A DNA stretch of 64,000 nt from an uncultured Bacilli bacterium (GTDB taxonomy: Bacteria; Bacillota_I; Bacilli_A; RFN20; CAG-826). Position 1 is the stretch's first letter. Every line of letters starts with the position of its first letter. Positions 8,867 to 17,829 of the stretch are shown here, piece by piece. A program made the translations under genes and the position numbers. The notes beneath the pieces were generated by a model. That model ran no database searches. It had not been told where the DNA came from and saw nothing but the letters and a program-made list of their open reading frames with translations. Location of the stretch: the NCBI GenBank assembly GCA_944363565.1, contig CALVUI010000001.1:337676-401675 (forward strand), given 5' to 3'.

Positions 8867-10070
8867 CGTCGTTGTCTCCTTCCCCTGGGTCTTTCTCCGA
8901 ACCGACCCCTTGGTAATTGTCGGCCTTGTTGGCCGTAACGTAGTTGAGGCTTTGAACTTCCTTATCGCCGTTGTCTAACTTGGGTAGATAAAGCAGCCCA
9001 CAAACCACGTTCGGCCGTATCGTCGGAAGCTTTAGGTAGGCCTCCGCAATCTTGATCCTCGTCGAGAGCGATGCCGTCTGGAGCGGATTGACCACCACTT
9101 CTATCCTGTTCCCTACCGAGAATTCCCTTGCCGTGAATAGCTTAACGGTCAATTCCTGGCTCAATCCGTTTATGAACGGCTCCAATGCCCCTTCATAAGC
9201 CGATTGCCACGAATTCTCGTCGTATTCGCTGGTCAGGAACTTCTCGCTGATCCCGAAGAAGCCGTATATCTCCCTCTTCATTTCCTTCACGTCGTCCGAA
9301 GTCGCCCATTTGCTTTGGTTGCTTACCTGCTGGAGGTTCTCGGCGTTGGTTATGTAGAGGACGGAATCGGCCTGCTGAAGCCTTTTGTTGAATTTCTCCT
9401 GCTGCTGCTCGACCATCTTGTCGGACATGTTCCCAGCCGAACTCACGATGAATCGGATCAGGTTGCTGTTCTCAATCGCCTTGATGATTCCTTCCTCGTT
9501 GGTCGCCAGGGTCTCGATGATCCTTCTCATGGATGGGTCGTAGGCGTTCATTGGGTTGGACGCCCTCGGCTTCTTCACCAAAAGCAGGAAGTTGTCGGAT
9601 GAGTCCGCCCTCTTCTCGCCTTCCAGGTAGAATTCTATGTATATCTTGCCGCCAAGGAGCTTCACGCCCGACACGTTGCTGGGCGAAATCGGCCAAAGAT
9701 TGGCCACCTTCGTCTCGGACACGTCAGACAGGCCGTCCCTCTCGATGTAAGCGAAGGCGACTCCGCCGAAATAGTAGTCATATGCCAGCGAGTACCAAAA
9801 GCTGCTCGCCGTCTGCACCGGGTTAGGCTTGAATTTCAGGAGGCGTTCCAAATAGCGGAACCGCGTTTTCTCAGTCGAGTCGTTGGAGACTTCCACCTCT
9901 ATTTTGCTGATATGCCTGGCCAATGCCGCGGCGCAATTGCAGTAAGTCGCGTTGAATTCTTGGCTGTAATCGTATCTTGGCGAGACGAAATCGGGTCCAA
10001 ATACGGCCAAGCCGCTTTTGCCGATGGCCTTTTTGACGAAATACTGCTTAAGCTTGTCAAACCATCCCAT
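8844..10070 (-). CDS. Portal protein (HK97 family)
   Basis: 408 aa with an acidic C-terminal tail. Directly downstream of TerL. Confidence 0.75.
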   Translation of the reverse strand: MGWFDKLKQYFVKKAIGKSGLAVFGPDFVSPRYDYSQEFNATYCNCAAALARHISKIEVEVSNDSTEKTRFRYLERLLKFKPNPVQTASSFWYSLAYDYYFGGVAFAYIERDGLSDVSETKVANLWPISPSNVSGVKLLGGKIYIEFYLEGEKRADSSDNFLLLVKKPRASNPMNAYDPSMRRIIETLATNEEGIIKAIENSNLIRFIVSSAGNMSDKMVEQQQEKFNKRLQQADSVLYITNAENLQQVSNQSKWATSDDVKEMKREIYGFFGISEKFLTSEYDENSWQSAYEGALEPFINGLSQELTVKLFTAREFSVGNRIEVVVNPLQTASLSTRIKIAEAYLKLPTIRPNVVCGLLYLPKLDNGDKEVQSLNYVTANKADNYQGVGSEKDPGEGDNDDGNKEKK

Positions 10071-10083
10071 GGTTTCCTCCTTT

Positions 10084-11931
10084 CTACTCCCCGCCTAGGT
10101 ACGCATCTACATTTTCGCATAGCGATACATAGGCATCCAAAATCGTGCTGACCCCGTCTATCTTGTTGCCACGCTTCTCCCCCGCCTTCCTGATCATGAG
10201 GTTCGCATTGCGGTCGGTGACCATCTCGCAGTTGGTGAACATCCACTTGATCACGGGGTTGTTGAGATAGCAGAATTTCCCGTCCTTGAGGTTCGCTTCC
10301 AGCGTCTGCATCGGGATGCTCAATGTCTTGAATCCCTGGATCGTCGGGACGAGGCAAGACTTCTTGCTCCAGCCCATGCTCGATAGCTCCTCGATTAGGT
10401 AATTGGCGCTGTAACTATCGTAATTTATGTGCTGGTAGTAATATCCATGCTTTTGGAACTGCTCCATTACGTAATCGGCTATGTCGTGGTAGTTTATCTG
10501 GTTCTCACCGGACGATATCCTGATGTACCCCCTGTTGATCCAGGCGTTCCAGGGAACCCCGGTCGATTTGGCTTCCGGACTGTCCAGGAAAGACCTGGTG
10601 CACCACAGCATCGTCTTGGCTATGACGCATTTCCTTTCCTTGTCGAAAAGAAGCGTCGTGAAGCTGGTCAAATCGTTTGTTCTCGAGAGATCAAATCCCC
10701 CCAAAACCGTGGAGTTGTCGAATCGTGAGAGGAATTCGTTTCTCGCTTTTTCGTCGTCTATCATCCGAGGGTCGTAGCAGGCGTACGCCCCTTTGTTGAT
10801 TGTTTCCGCGGTGAGCCACGAGATGTTGCTGACGTTGATGACGTTGAAATCCTTGGTCAGGGTCTCGTTAAGGACGGTGATGTCGTTCTTCGCCTTCCTT
10901 ACCTGCTCCTCCAGATACTCGACTTTCTTGATCGGGCCTAAGCCTGGGTTCGATTTGTACCACATCCTCTCGTCCCACATCTCGTCCTTCGAATCGAGCT
11001 CGTAGATGACGATGAGGACCGTATCGTCCTCGATCGTTCTGCTAAGAACCTTCGAATAGTATTCGTAGCGGTTGTCGAAAAGCGCCCCTCTGACGAAGCC
11101 TGCGGTCCCGATGATGTTCGTAAGTGGCTGGCGCGTATTCGCCGTAGCTTGCTTGAGGATGTTGTAGACCTCGTCCGGCAAAGCGTGCGCCTCGTCGATG
11201 ATGTTGCAGCTCGAATTCAGGCCGTCTTGGCTCTTCGTGTTCTTGCTCAACGCGTAGAAATGCGAATTGTATGGCTTGTAGTAGATGTCGCACCGAGGGT
11301 TGACCCTCTTGCCGAGGCTCTCCCTCAATGCGGGGGATTTGCTCCTCACTTGCTCCGCTGCGTCCCAAAGGCGGCGGGCCTGGGCATACGTCGATGCCGC
11401 CGCGTACACCTCCGCGCCCGGTTCCTCGAAAAGCGCCCACAGAGCGAGCGGTACCTGCAAAGTCGATTTGCCGTTCTTTCTGCCTATCTCCAGCCAAAGC
11501 TCGGTGAACCTCCTCGTTTTTGTGGATTTTCTTTTTATCCCGTAAAGGGCCTGGATGATTGCTTTCTGGAATGGCTGCAGGACCAGCGGCAGGTCGGCCC
11601 ATTCGCCCTTGCTTTGGCGGATGAAGCCTAGGAATTTGCCCTGCTTCCTCTCGATATACCTAACCTTGGATGCGTTTGATTGGGCGAATTCCGGCGGGAC
11701 GGAGGCTAGCCATTGGCTGAACGTCTCAAGGTCCGGGATGTCGCCTTGGACGAACTTGATCACCATGTTGCCGGCCTTCTCGTCGAAGTAGTATTTGTCC
11801 GAATCGCCTTTGACTATCGGCTCAAGGTCGTCGAAAAAGCATTCACCCAGCTTCTTGCAGCAATGGGTGGTCTTGTGCAGATGGAGGAAATCGATGTATT
11901 TCTCGAGCCATGACTTAGCCATTTCCCTCAC
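10084..11931 (-). CDS. Terminase large subunit
   Basis: 615 aa. Walker A-like GRKNGKST and nuclease-domain acidic residues. Between TerS and portal. Confidence 0.85.
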   Translation of the reverse strand: MREMAKSWLEKYIDFLHLHKTTHCCKKLGECFFDDLEPIVKGDSDKYYFDEKAGNMVIKFVQGDIPDLETFSQWLASVPPEFAQSNASKVRYIERKQGKFLGFIRQSKGEWADLPLVLQPFQKAIIQALYGIKRKSTKTRRFTELWLEIGRKNGKSTLQVPLALWALFEEPGAEVYAAASTYAQARRLWDAAEQVRSKSPALRESLGKRVNPRCDIYYKPYNSHFYALSKNTKSQDGLNSSCNIIDEAHALPDEVYNILKQATANTRQPLTNIIGTAGFVRGALFDNRYEYYSKVLSRTIEDDTVLIVIYELDSKDEMWDERMWYKSNPGLGPIKKVEYLEEQVRKAKNDITVLNETLTKDFNVINVSNISWLTAETINKGAYACYDPRMIDDEKARNEFLSRFDNSTVLGGFDLSRTNDLTSFTTLLFDKERKCVIAKTMLWCTRSFLDSPEAKSTGVPWNAWINRGYIRISSGENQINYHDIADYVMEQFQKHGYYYQHINYDSYSANYLIEELSSMGWSKKSCLVPTIQGFKTLSIPMQTLEANLKDGKFCYLNNPVIKWMFTNCEMVTDRNANLMIRKAGEKRGNKIDGVSTILDAYVSLCENVDAYLGGE

Positions 11932-12475
11932 CTATCGACTTGATGAACGCCTCGAACGCGTTCTTCCCTTCCGCCTTCTCGTCGTTCTCCGCCTTCACGA
12001 GGCCTATCCCGAATTTGGCTCTTCCGGATGGGGTCAGGCAGAGATCCGGCGCCAAACGCGCCATCGTCGCCGTTTCGTCCTTCATGACCTGCAGGCATCT
12101 TTTGATAAGCCGGTCGGTCGTCGAATCCTGGACCGCCAGGTTCTGCTTGAGGACCTCCGTCCATGTCTCGTGGGCTTTCTCGTACCGCTCGTAGGATTGC
12201 ACGTAAAGGGTGAGCTGGGTCACGTCGAGGATGTTCAGGACGTTAACCCCCTGCTGTGTGTAGCTCGCCATGATCTCGTTCCATTTCGCGTAGGCCACGT
12301 CTCCGAGGCCGTTAGGCGCCTTCAATGCGGTCCCGTTCTTGAAGCAGTATTCGAGGTCCCTTCTGAGCCTGAGCTCTTCGGCCGTGAGGTTCTTCCCGAT
12401 CGCGTCAATCGGTTTCGGCTTGCGCCCGGCGCCCGGCCTGTATCCTCCGCGTTTGGATTTCTTGGCCTCAGTCAT
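11915..12475 (-). CDS. Terminase small subunit
   Basis: ~186 aa from MTEAKKSKRGGYRPGAGRKPKP (basic N-terminal DNA-binding segment), upstream of TerL. Confidence 0.65.
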   Translation of the reverse strand: MTEAKKSKRGGYRPGAGRKPKPIDAIGKNLTAEELRLRRDLEYCFKNGTALKAPNGLGDVAYAKWNEIMASYTQQGVNVLNILDVTQLTLYVQSYERYEKAHETWTEVLKQNLAVQDSTTDRLIKRCLQVMKDETATMARLAPDLCLTPSGRAKFGIGLVKAENDEKAEGKNAFEAFIKSIGEGNG

Positions 12476-13502
12476 CCCGCCCCTCGTCTGCAAAATGGCC
12501 ATATCTGGCTCTCTTCTCGTACCTCGGCTCGAGGAGGTTCAGTTCCGAGATGATGCGTTGGGGTCGGCATTCGTCGTAGATTTCGGCCCCAACGCCTATT
12601 TCGCCTTTGTCGGAATCCACGTGGACGGCGAGGGGCTCCGCCTTTCCGATTGCGTAGGAAAGCTGGACTTCGCACCATCTGAGGCCTTCGGCCCTTAGGA
12701 TTCTTTTCGCGAGCTCCCTGGCTTTGTAGGCCCCCGAGACATCGACCTTGGTCGGGTCCTTCCCGTTCATGGACCCGCCGCCGACGTTGGCGAACGACTG
12801 ATAGGCGTCGACGACGATCTTCCTTCCCGTCAGCCCGCTGTCTGCCTCAGGGCCCCCGATCCTGAATTCCCCGGATGGGTTGAAAAGGTATTCATGGACG
12901 TAAATGCAATGCCGATTGCAGATTTCTCTAGCGATGGACCTGATTTCGTTGTCCGTGGCGAACCTGTTCCTTTCGTTGTTTTGGTATGAAATCGTGAACG
13001 TTTTGATCTCCTTAAGGCGGAAATCGTCGTCGTAGATCCCGGTTATTTGGGCCTTGCCGTCGGGGAAATAGACGTTTGGCCGCTCGTGGACGAGCCGGTC
13101 GTATGCCTTCGCCAGCTCAATTAGGATCGTTTGCGCAAGCGGAAGGAATTCTGGGGTATCGTCGCATGCGTATCCGAACATCATGCCTTGGTCCCCCGCT
13201 CCGCCTTCTTCGACCGCCGCCGAAATGTCGGGCGATTGCGCGCTTATTTTCTTGATGACCCTGAAACCCGATGGGTAGCCAATGCTTCTGAGCACCCTTT
13301 TCGCTATCCCTTTCGGGTCGATTTTCGCTTTTGTCCCGAGCTCGCCGAAAAGGAACACCAAGTCTCCTTTAATGGCGCATTCGATCGCGACCCTGGATTC
13401 CATGTCTTGCCTCAGGCATTCGTCCAGGATCGCCCCCGCAATCTGGTCGCAGGCTTTGTCCGGATGCCCCCTGAACACGATTTCGTTGCTGTAGATTTTC
13501 AT
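12468..13502 (-). CDS. metK: S-adenosylmethionine synthetase (phage-encoded MetK)
   Basis: 344 aa with MetK signatures GHPDKACDQIAGAILD, GAGDQGMMFGYA, GGPEADSGLTGRKIVVDAYQ, GGGSMNGKDPTKVDVSGAY. Confidence 0.8.
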   Translation of the reverse strand: MKIYSNEIVFRGHPDKACDQIAGAILDECLRQDMESRVAIECAIKGDLVFLFGELGTKAKIDPKGIAKRVLRSIGYPSGFRVIKKISAQSPDISAAVEEGGAGDQGMMFGYACDDTPEFLPLAQTILIELAKAYDRLVHERPNVYFPDGKAQITGIYDDDFRLKEIKTFTISYQNNERNRFATDNEIRSIAREICNRHCIYVHEYLFNPSGEFRIGGPEADSGLTGRKIVVDAYQSFANVGGGSMNGKDPTKVDVSGAYKARELAKRILRAEGLRWCEVQLSYAIGKAEPLAVHVDSDKGEIGVGAEIYDECRPQRIISELNLLEPRYEKRARYGHFADEGRDD

Positions 13503-14835
13503 TTCTTGCCTCCTTGCTTTATCGCTTTCCTTCCCGTGAATTTCTGATATCTATCGACGATGACGTCCACGTATGCGGGATCCAATTCCATCATCCTGCA
13601 TCTCCTCCCGGTCTCCTCACAGGCGATCAGCGTCGATCCGCTCCCGCCGAATTGGTCGAGCACGACGTCCCCTTTCCTCGACGAGTTTGCTATCAGCCTG
13701 GCCAATAGCCTTATCGGCTTCATCGTCGGATGGAGGTCGTTGTGGAGCGGCTTGTCCTCGCGGATGACGGTGGTCGGGATCGGCGGCGATTTCCTCATCG
13801 CCTCGATGATTCCTATGAGCTCTTTCTTGGATTTCGCCGATAGGTCCAGCTTGTCGACGTCAAGCACGGTGTCCTGGCTCCTGTCGTCTATGAAGTAATG
13901 GCCGGCCCCGTCCTTCCACCCATAGAGGACCGGTTCGTGGCGCCATTGGTAATCCTGCCTTCCCAAGGTGAAGGAGTTCTTCTCCCAGATCAGGCACTGG
14001 CGCACCTCCAGGCCCGCCGCTTCAAGCGACAGCCTGAAGCTTAGGCCGTGGTTCTCGCTATGCCAGATATAGAACACCCCCCCTCACGAAGGTGGTTTCT
14101 CATCGCCTCGAAGGAGTCCCCGAGGAAGGCCCTGAAGGATTGCTCGTCCATGTTGTCGTTCAAGATCTTGTCGGAAGGCCTCGATGAGTTCCTTCGCTTG
14201 GCCTTCGATCCTTCCTTCATCCTGTTACTGCCTTCGTAGTCGACGTTGTACGGAGGGTCGGTGACCGTGAGGTCCGCCAGCTTGTCGCCCATCAGCTTGG
14301 CCATGTCCTCTTCGCTGGTGGCGTCTCCGCACATCAGGACGTGGTCGCCGAGCAAGTATACGTCCCCTCTCCGCGATCTCGGCTCCTTTGGGAGGACCGG
14401 CATGAAGTCGTCTTCCCTCACTTGCTCAAGCATCTTGTCTTCGCCTGGGAACCCGAAATCCGAAAGGTCGACCTTGAGGCCAAGCAGCGCTTTGAGCTCA
14501 AGGTTCAGCTTGTCCTCGTCCCATGTCGCGATTTCCCCGGTCTTGTTGTCGACGAGGCGCCATGCGGCTATATCGCTTTCGTCAAGGTCGTCGAGGTAGA
14601 TCACCGGGACTTCCCTCAGCCCAAGCGATAGGGCCGCCTTGTACCTCGTATGCCCGGTCGCTATGACTCCGTTCCTGTCGGCGGTTATCGGCACGTTGAA
14701 TCCGTAGCGCTTGATGGATTCCGCTATTTTGGGAACGGCCTTCTCGTTGTTTCTGGGGTTGTTCTCATAGGGATGCAGTTTGGCGATGTCGACCATCTGC
14801 ACCTTCCTCATCGTCTGTTTGATCTTCTCTTCCAT
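13499..14835 (-). pseudogene. ParB-like nuclease domain fused to a beta-class N6A/N4C DNA methyltransferase, split by a frameshift at a G7 tract (C7 on + strand at 14077-14083)
   Basis: N part (14041..14835) has the ParB fold and motif IV DPPY, ending ...LREGG. C part (13499..14077) starts at the G-run, continues VFYIWH..., and carries HPTMKP and motif I DQFGGSGST. One extra G would restore a single ORF. Confidence 0.75.
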
Positions 14836-14859
14836 TTCTCTGTCCTTCCTCCCCGCCGC

Positions 14860-15015
14860 CTACTCGAGCGGGATGAACGGGTACATCCACTGGATGCCAA
14901 TCGGCGCTTCCGCGCCCCTTATCGCCACCCAGACGAACCCCGCCATGTATAAAATCGCCGCCGTGAACACGAGCAGCGACAGAAGCTTCGCCATGAATTT
15001 TCCTGAATCCTTCAT
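14860..15015 (-). CDS. Small membrane protein (51 aa), below the ORF-track cutoff
   Basis: Hand translation MKDSGKFMAKLLSLLVFTAAILYMAGFVWVAIRGAEAPIGIQWMYPFIPLE. AGGAGGA 5 nt upstream of ATG. Confidence 0.45.
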   Translation of the reverse strand: MKDSGKFMAKLLSLLVFTAAILYMAGFVWVAIRGAEAPIGIQWMYPFIPLE

Positions 15016-15147
15016 CTTCGTCCTCCTTCTTTATGCGTTGCCCCGACGGGCCTAAAAATTCCGTAGATTTTCCTTGTGTGTAAATTAGAGGTCCGCGCCC
15101 GCTGACGAAATTGGCTTTTTTCCGCTTTTTCGGGGTGGGGGGGTGCC

Positions 15148-15489
15148 TCACGGCCTGCCATTCCCGTCCCTGACGGTGACGTTGCCGTCCTCGTCGAACT
15201 CGACCTCGTATCTGTCATTGGGCCCATCCTTTGCTTTGCCGTACGTCCCCATCCCATGGTGGATTTGGTCGTGGCACGATGGGCAGAGGAGCATCAGGTT
15301 CGACCAGTCGAGGGACACGCTGGGGTCGTCGACGTTGACGTCGTTTAGCGGCGTCTTGTGGTGAACCAGCCATCCCGGCTTGCCGCACACCTCGCAGGTA
15401 TGGTTCCTGCTGGCGGCGAAGGCCTCCCTGCACCTCCTCCATTCCTTCGAATGGTAGAAGGCCTCGCACTTCGGCGTCCTGGCGCTCAT
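15148..15489 (-). CDS. HNH endonuclease
   Basis: 113 aa with CxxC...HH...CxxCH pattern (CEVCGK...HHKTP...CPSCHDQIHH). Confidence 0.75.
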   Translation of the reverse strand: MSARTPKCEAFYHSKEWRRCREAFAASRNHTCEVCGKPGWLVHHKTPLNDVNVDDPSVSLDWSNLMLLCPSCHDQIHHGMGTYGKAKDGPNDRYEVEFDEDGNVTVRDGNGRP

Positions 15490-15630
15490 CGCCTGGCCCC
15501 TCCGACTGTAGCGCGGGCGGGAGGACAGAAAGCCCGCCCGGCCGATTCAATTCTAGGCCAATGCCTTTGGCATCCCCTCGACCTTCCATATGCTTCTTTC
15601 GACCCATGTGACGTAGTCACACGGCATCGG

Positions 15631-17013
15631 TCATTTCCCCACATTTTCCGATACCTCCGTTATCCTCGCCTTTATGTACTCGAGCATCCCCTCCTGCCTC
15701 CTGTCCTTTCCCTTGAGCCTCGACAGGACGTCCTCGTCTATGGTCCATTTTGCTATCAGGTGGTTGATGACGACGCTTTCCTTCTGCCCCTGCCGGTAAA
15801 GCCTCCTGTTCGCTTGCTCGTAGTATTCGAGGTTCCAGGTCAGGCTGAACCACACGACGATATGCCCTCCAGCCTGCAGGTTGAGCCCGTGCCCCGCGCT
15901 CGCCGGGTTGCAAAGCATCATCGCTATCCGCCCCTCGTTCCAGTCCGCCTGGTCCTTTTCGGTCCGAAGCTCCCGCGGCCCGAGCTCGGCGAATGCCCTC
16001 GCCAGCCTCTCCTTCTCGCTGACGAAGTTGTAGAAGACGAGGATTGGCTTCCCCTCGTTCTCCTCGACGATCTCCCTCAAGGCTTCGATCTTGGCGCTAT
16101 GGAGCTCGGAATACCCGCCGGAATCGTCGTAGGCCGCCCCGCCGGCCAATTGGATCAACTTGCTCAACACGACCGCGGCGTTCGCGGCTGTGATGGTCTT
16201 GCCGTCCAATTCCAGGAGGCAGTTCCTTTCCATTTCGCGGTAAGCTTTCCTCGACGCCTCGTCGAGCTCGACAGTCACCGTGTTATCCACCTTCTCCGGC
16301 AAGGTCAGGTAGTCCTCGCTTTTCATCGAGACGCAGACGTCCCTCACCGCCGCCTCGATCTGCTCCTCGGCGAACGGCCTAAGCTCGTATTGGCGGAACC
16401 GCTGGTTCCTGCAGATGAAGTACCTGTCCCGGTAGGCGGTCAGGGTCTGCCCGAGCCTTTGCCCGCGGTCGATCAGGTAGATCTGCGCCCATAGGTCCAT
16501 GAAGCCGTTCGGGACGGGCGTCCCGGTCAGCAGGACCACCCTCTTCGCGTAGGCCGTCAGTGCCTTCATCGCCTTCCACCTTTGGCTCGCCCTGTTCTTG
16601 AATGAAGAGGATTCGTCGATTACGACCATGTCGAACGGCGGCTTCTCGTGCCTCGACATGTAGTAGTCGTAGAGCCACTTGACGTTCTCGCGGTTGATGG
16701 TCGTGATGTCGGCCCCGGACCGGATGGCCTCCGCCCTCTCCTCCGCGCTCCCTATGGCCTCGGCAAGCGTCAGGCCGGAGAGGTCCTCCCATTTCCGGAG
16801 CTCGTCCCTCCACGTCAGCTTCGCCACCCTAAACGGCGCCACGACGAGGACCCTCCTGACCTCTATGTAATCGTTCATCAGGTCGCTGATCGCCTTGAGG
16901 GTTATCGCCGTCTTGCCGAGGCCCATGTCCAGGAACAAACCACACCGTTCGTGCTTCACTAGATAGCCGACGCAGTACTTCTGATACTGGTGGAACGCTT
17001 CGTCAGTCCTCAT
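15631..17013 (-). CDS. SNF2-family helicase (DEAD-like plus HELICc)
   Basis: Motifs LDMGLGKT (I), VIDESSSFKN (II), LTGTP (III), C-terminal helicase domain. Start taken at MRTDEAF. Confidence 0.8.
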   Translation of the reverse strand: MRTDEAFHQYQKYCVGYLVKHERCGLFLDMGLGKTAITLKAISDLMNDYIEVRRVLVVAPFRVAKLTWRDELRKWEDLSGLTLAEAIGSAEERAEAIRSGADITTINRENVKWLYDYYMSRHEKPPFDMVVIDESSSFKNRASQRWKAMKALTAYAKRVVLLTGTPVPNGFMDLWAQIYLIDRGQRLGQTLTAYRDRYFICRNQRFRQYELRPFAEEQIEAAVRDVCVSMKSEDYLTLPEKVDNTVTVELDEASRKAYREMERNCLLELDGKTITAANAAVVLSKLIQLAGGAAYDDSGGYSELHSAKIEALREIVEENEGKPILVFYNFVSEKERLARAFAELGPRELRTEKDQADWNEGRIAMMLCNPASAGHGLNLQAGGHIVVWFSLTWNLEYYEQANRRLYRQGQKESVVINHLIAKWTIDEDVLSRLKGKDRRQEGMLEYIKARITEVSENVGK

Positions 17014-17377
17014 TTCGCCTTCCTTTTCCTTCGGCCCTTTCCATCTCCCGAATGCATTCCGCCATCGATTCGGCATCCCGCACGAAGAAGGCTTTGACGC
17101 CCATCGAACGGAGTCTCCCGTTCCACCGCCTCTGCCTCGCCATGGTCCTGGCCGACCTGCCCTTCTTCAGCTCGACAAACGAAACCCCTCCGAAGTGGTC
17201 GATCACGATTCTATCGGGGACACCGGCGTTGCCAGGGCTCTCGAACTTTAGGCAGATCCATCCCCGCCTCTCGCATTCCCTCCTGAATCTTTTCTCGAGG
17301 CTTTTCTCGAGTGCCGGAACTTCGCGCGCGTTGCACACGTAGGATTTATTCGAATTAGGTTCTTTTATTTCTCTCAT
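17003..17377 (-). CDS. VRR-NUC domain nuclease
   Basis: 124 aa. PD-(D/E)xK-like PDRIV...VELKKG. Usual partner of phage SNF2 helicases. Confidence 0.65.
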   Translation of the reverse strand: MREIKEPNSNKSYVCNAREVPALEKSLEKRFRRECERRGWICLKFESPGNAGVPDRIVIDHFGGVSFVELKKGRSARTMARQRRWNGRLRSMGVKAFFVRDAESMAECIREMERAEGKGRRNED

Positions 17378-17410
17378 TTGGTCTATTCCTCACGTATTTA
17401 TAGAATTTTT

Positions 17411-17566
17411 GGTTCCGCTGGTTCCATTTGCCGCTTTTATTCGATTTCATCGTAACTTTTGACGGAACCAGAATACGGAACTAGCCATGGAACCAGGATT
17501 TTTGGTTCCGTTTTTTATGGAACCAGCGTTTATTTGGTTCCGTCCTGGTTCCGGGGTCTGGTTCCG
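17411..17566. repeat. Iteron-like array: 9 perfect copies plus 1 degenerate copy of GGTTCC/GGAACC (extended TGGTTCCG / TGGAACCA) in an AT-rich intergenic region
   Basis: Copies at 17411, 17421, 17464, 17489, 17504, 17519, 17536, 17547, 17560, and degenerate ggaact at 17476. Confidence 0.6.
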
Positions 17567-17577
17567 CCGGCGCCCGG

Positions 17578-17829
17578 TCATTCCTTCCTCTCCTGCACGC
17601 CTTCCCTGAGCCTGCCCTCGATGGCCCTCGCCAGCGCGTCCAGGAACCTGTCCGCCACCTTCTCCGGCGCCCTCGCGGCGCTCCCCTTGGGGCCAAGCAC
17701 CAGGGCCTTGCCGTCCTCCGTCAGCTCCACGTCGACCTCGTCACCGGCCTTCAGCCCCAGCTCCTCCATGAGCCTTGGCCCGAGGGCTATCCTTCCCTTG
17801 GCGTCGATCTTCTTCCTTATCATCTTCAA
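17578..17829 (-). CDS. AbrB/MazE/SpoVT-family DNA-binding protein
   Basis: 83 aa. Swapped-hairpin N-terminus IDAKGRIALGPRLMEELGLKAGDEVDVEL. Confidence 0.65.
   Translation of the reverse strand: MKMIRKKIDAKGRIALGPRLMEELGLKAGDEVDVELTEDGKALVLGPKGSAARAPEKVADRFLDALARAIEGRLREGVQERKE

Noticed and set aside
15137-15143. Additional G-rich tract (GGGGTGGGGGGG) as a third phase-variation site
   Set aside because: It lies in non-coding DNA just after the HNH stop and before the small membrane gene, with no ORF disrupted. It could affect promoter spacing, but there is no evidence
15358-16494. 378 aa plus-strand ORF opposite the SNF2 helicase
   Set aside because: Pro/Arg/Leu-rich antisense shadow. The helicase motifs are unambiguous on the minus strand
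17411-17566. Possible CRISPR array
   Set aside because: Repeats are 6-8 bp with irregular 10-43 bp spacing in both orientations. They are iterons or operators, not 25-40 bp CRISPR repeats with unique spacers. No cas genes are present
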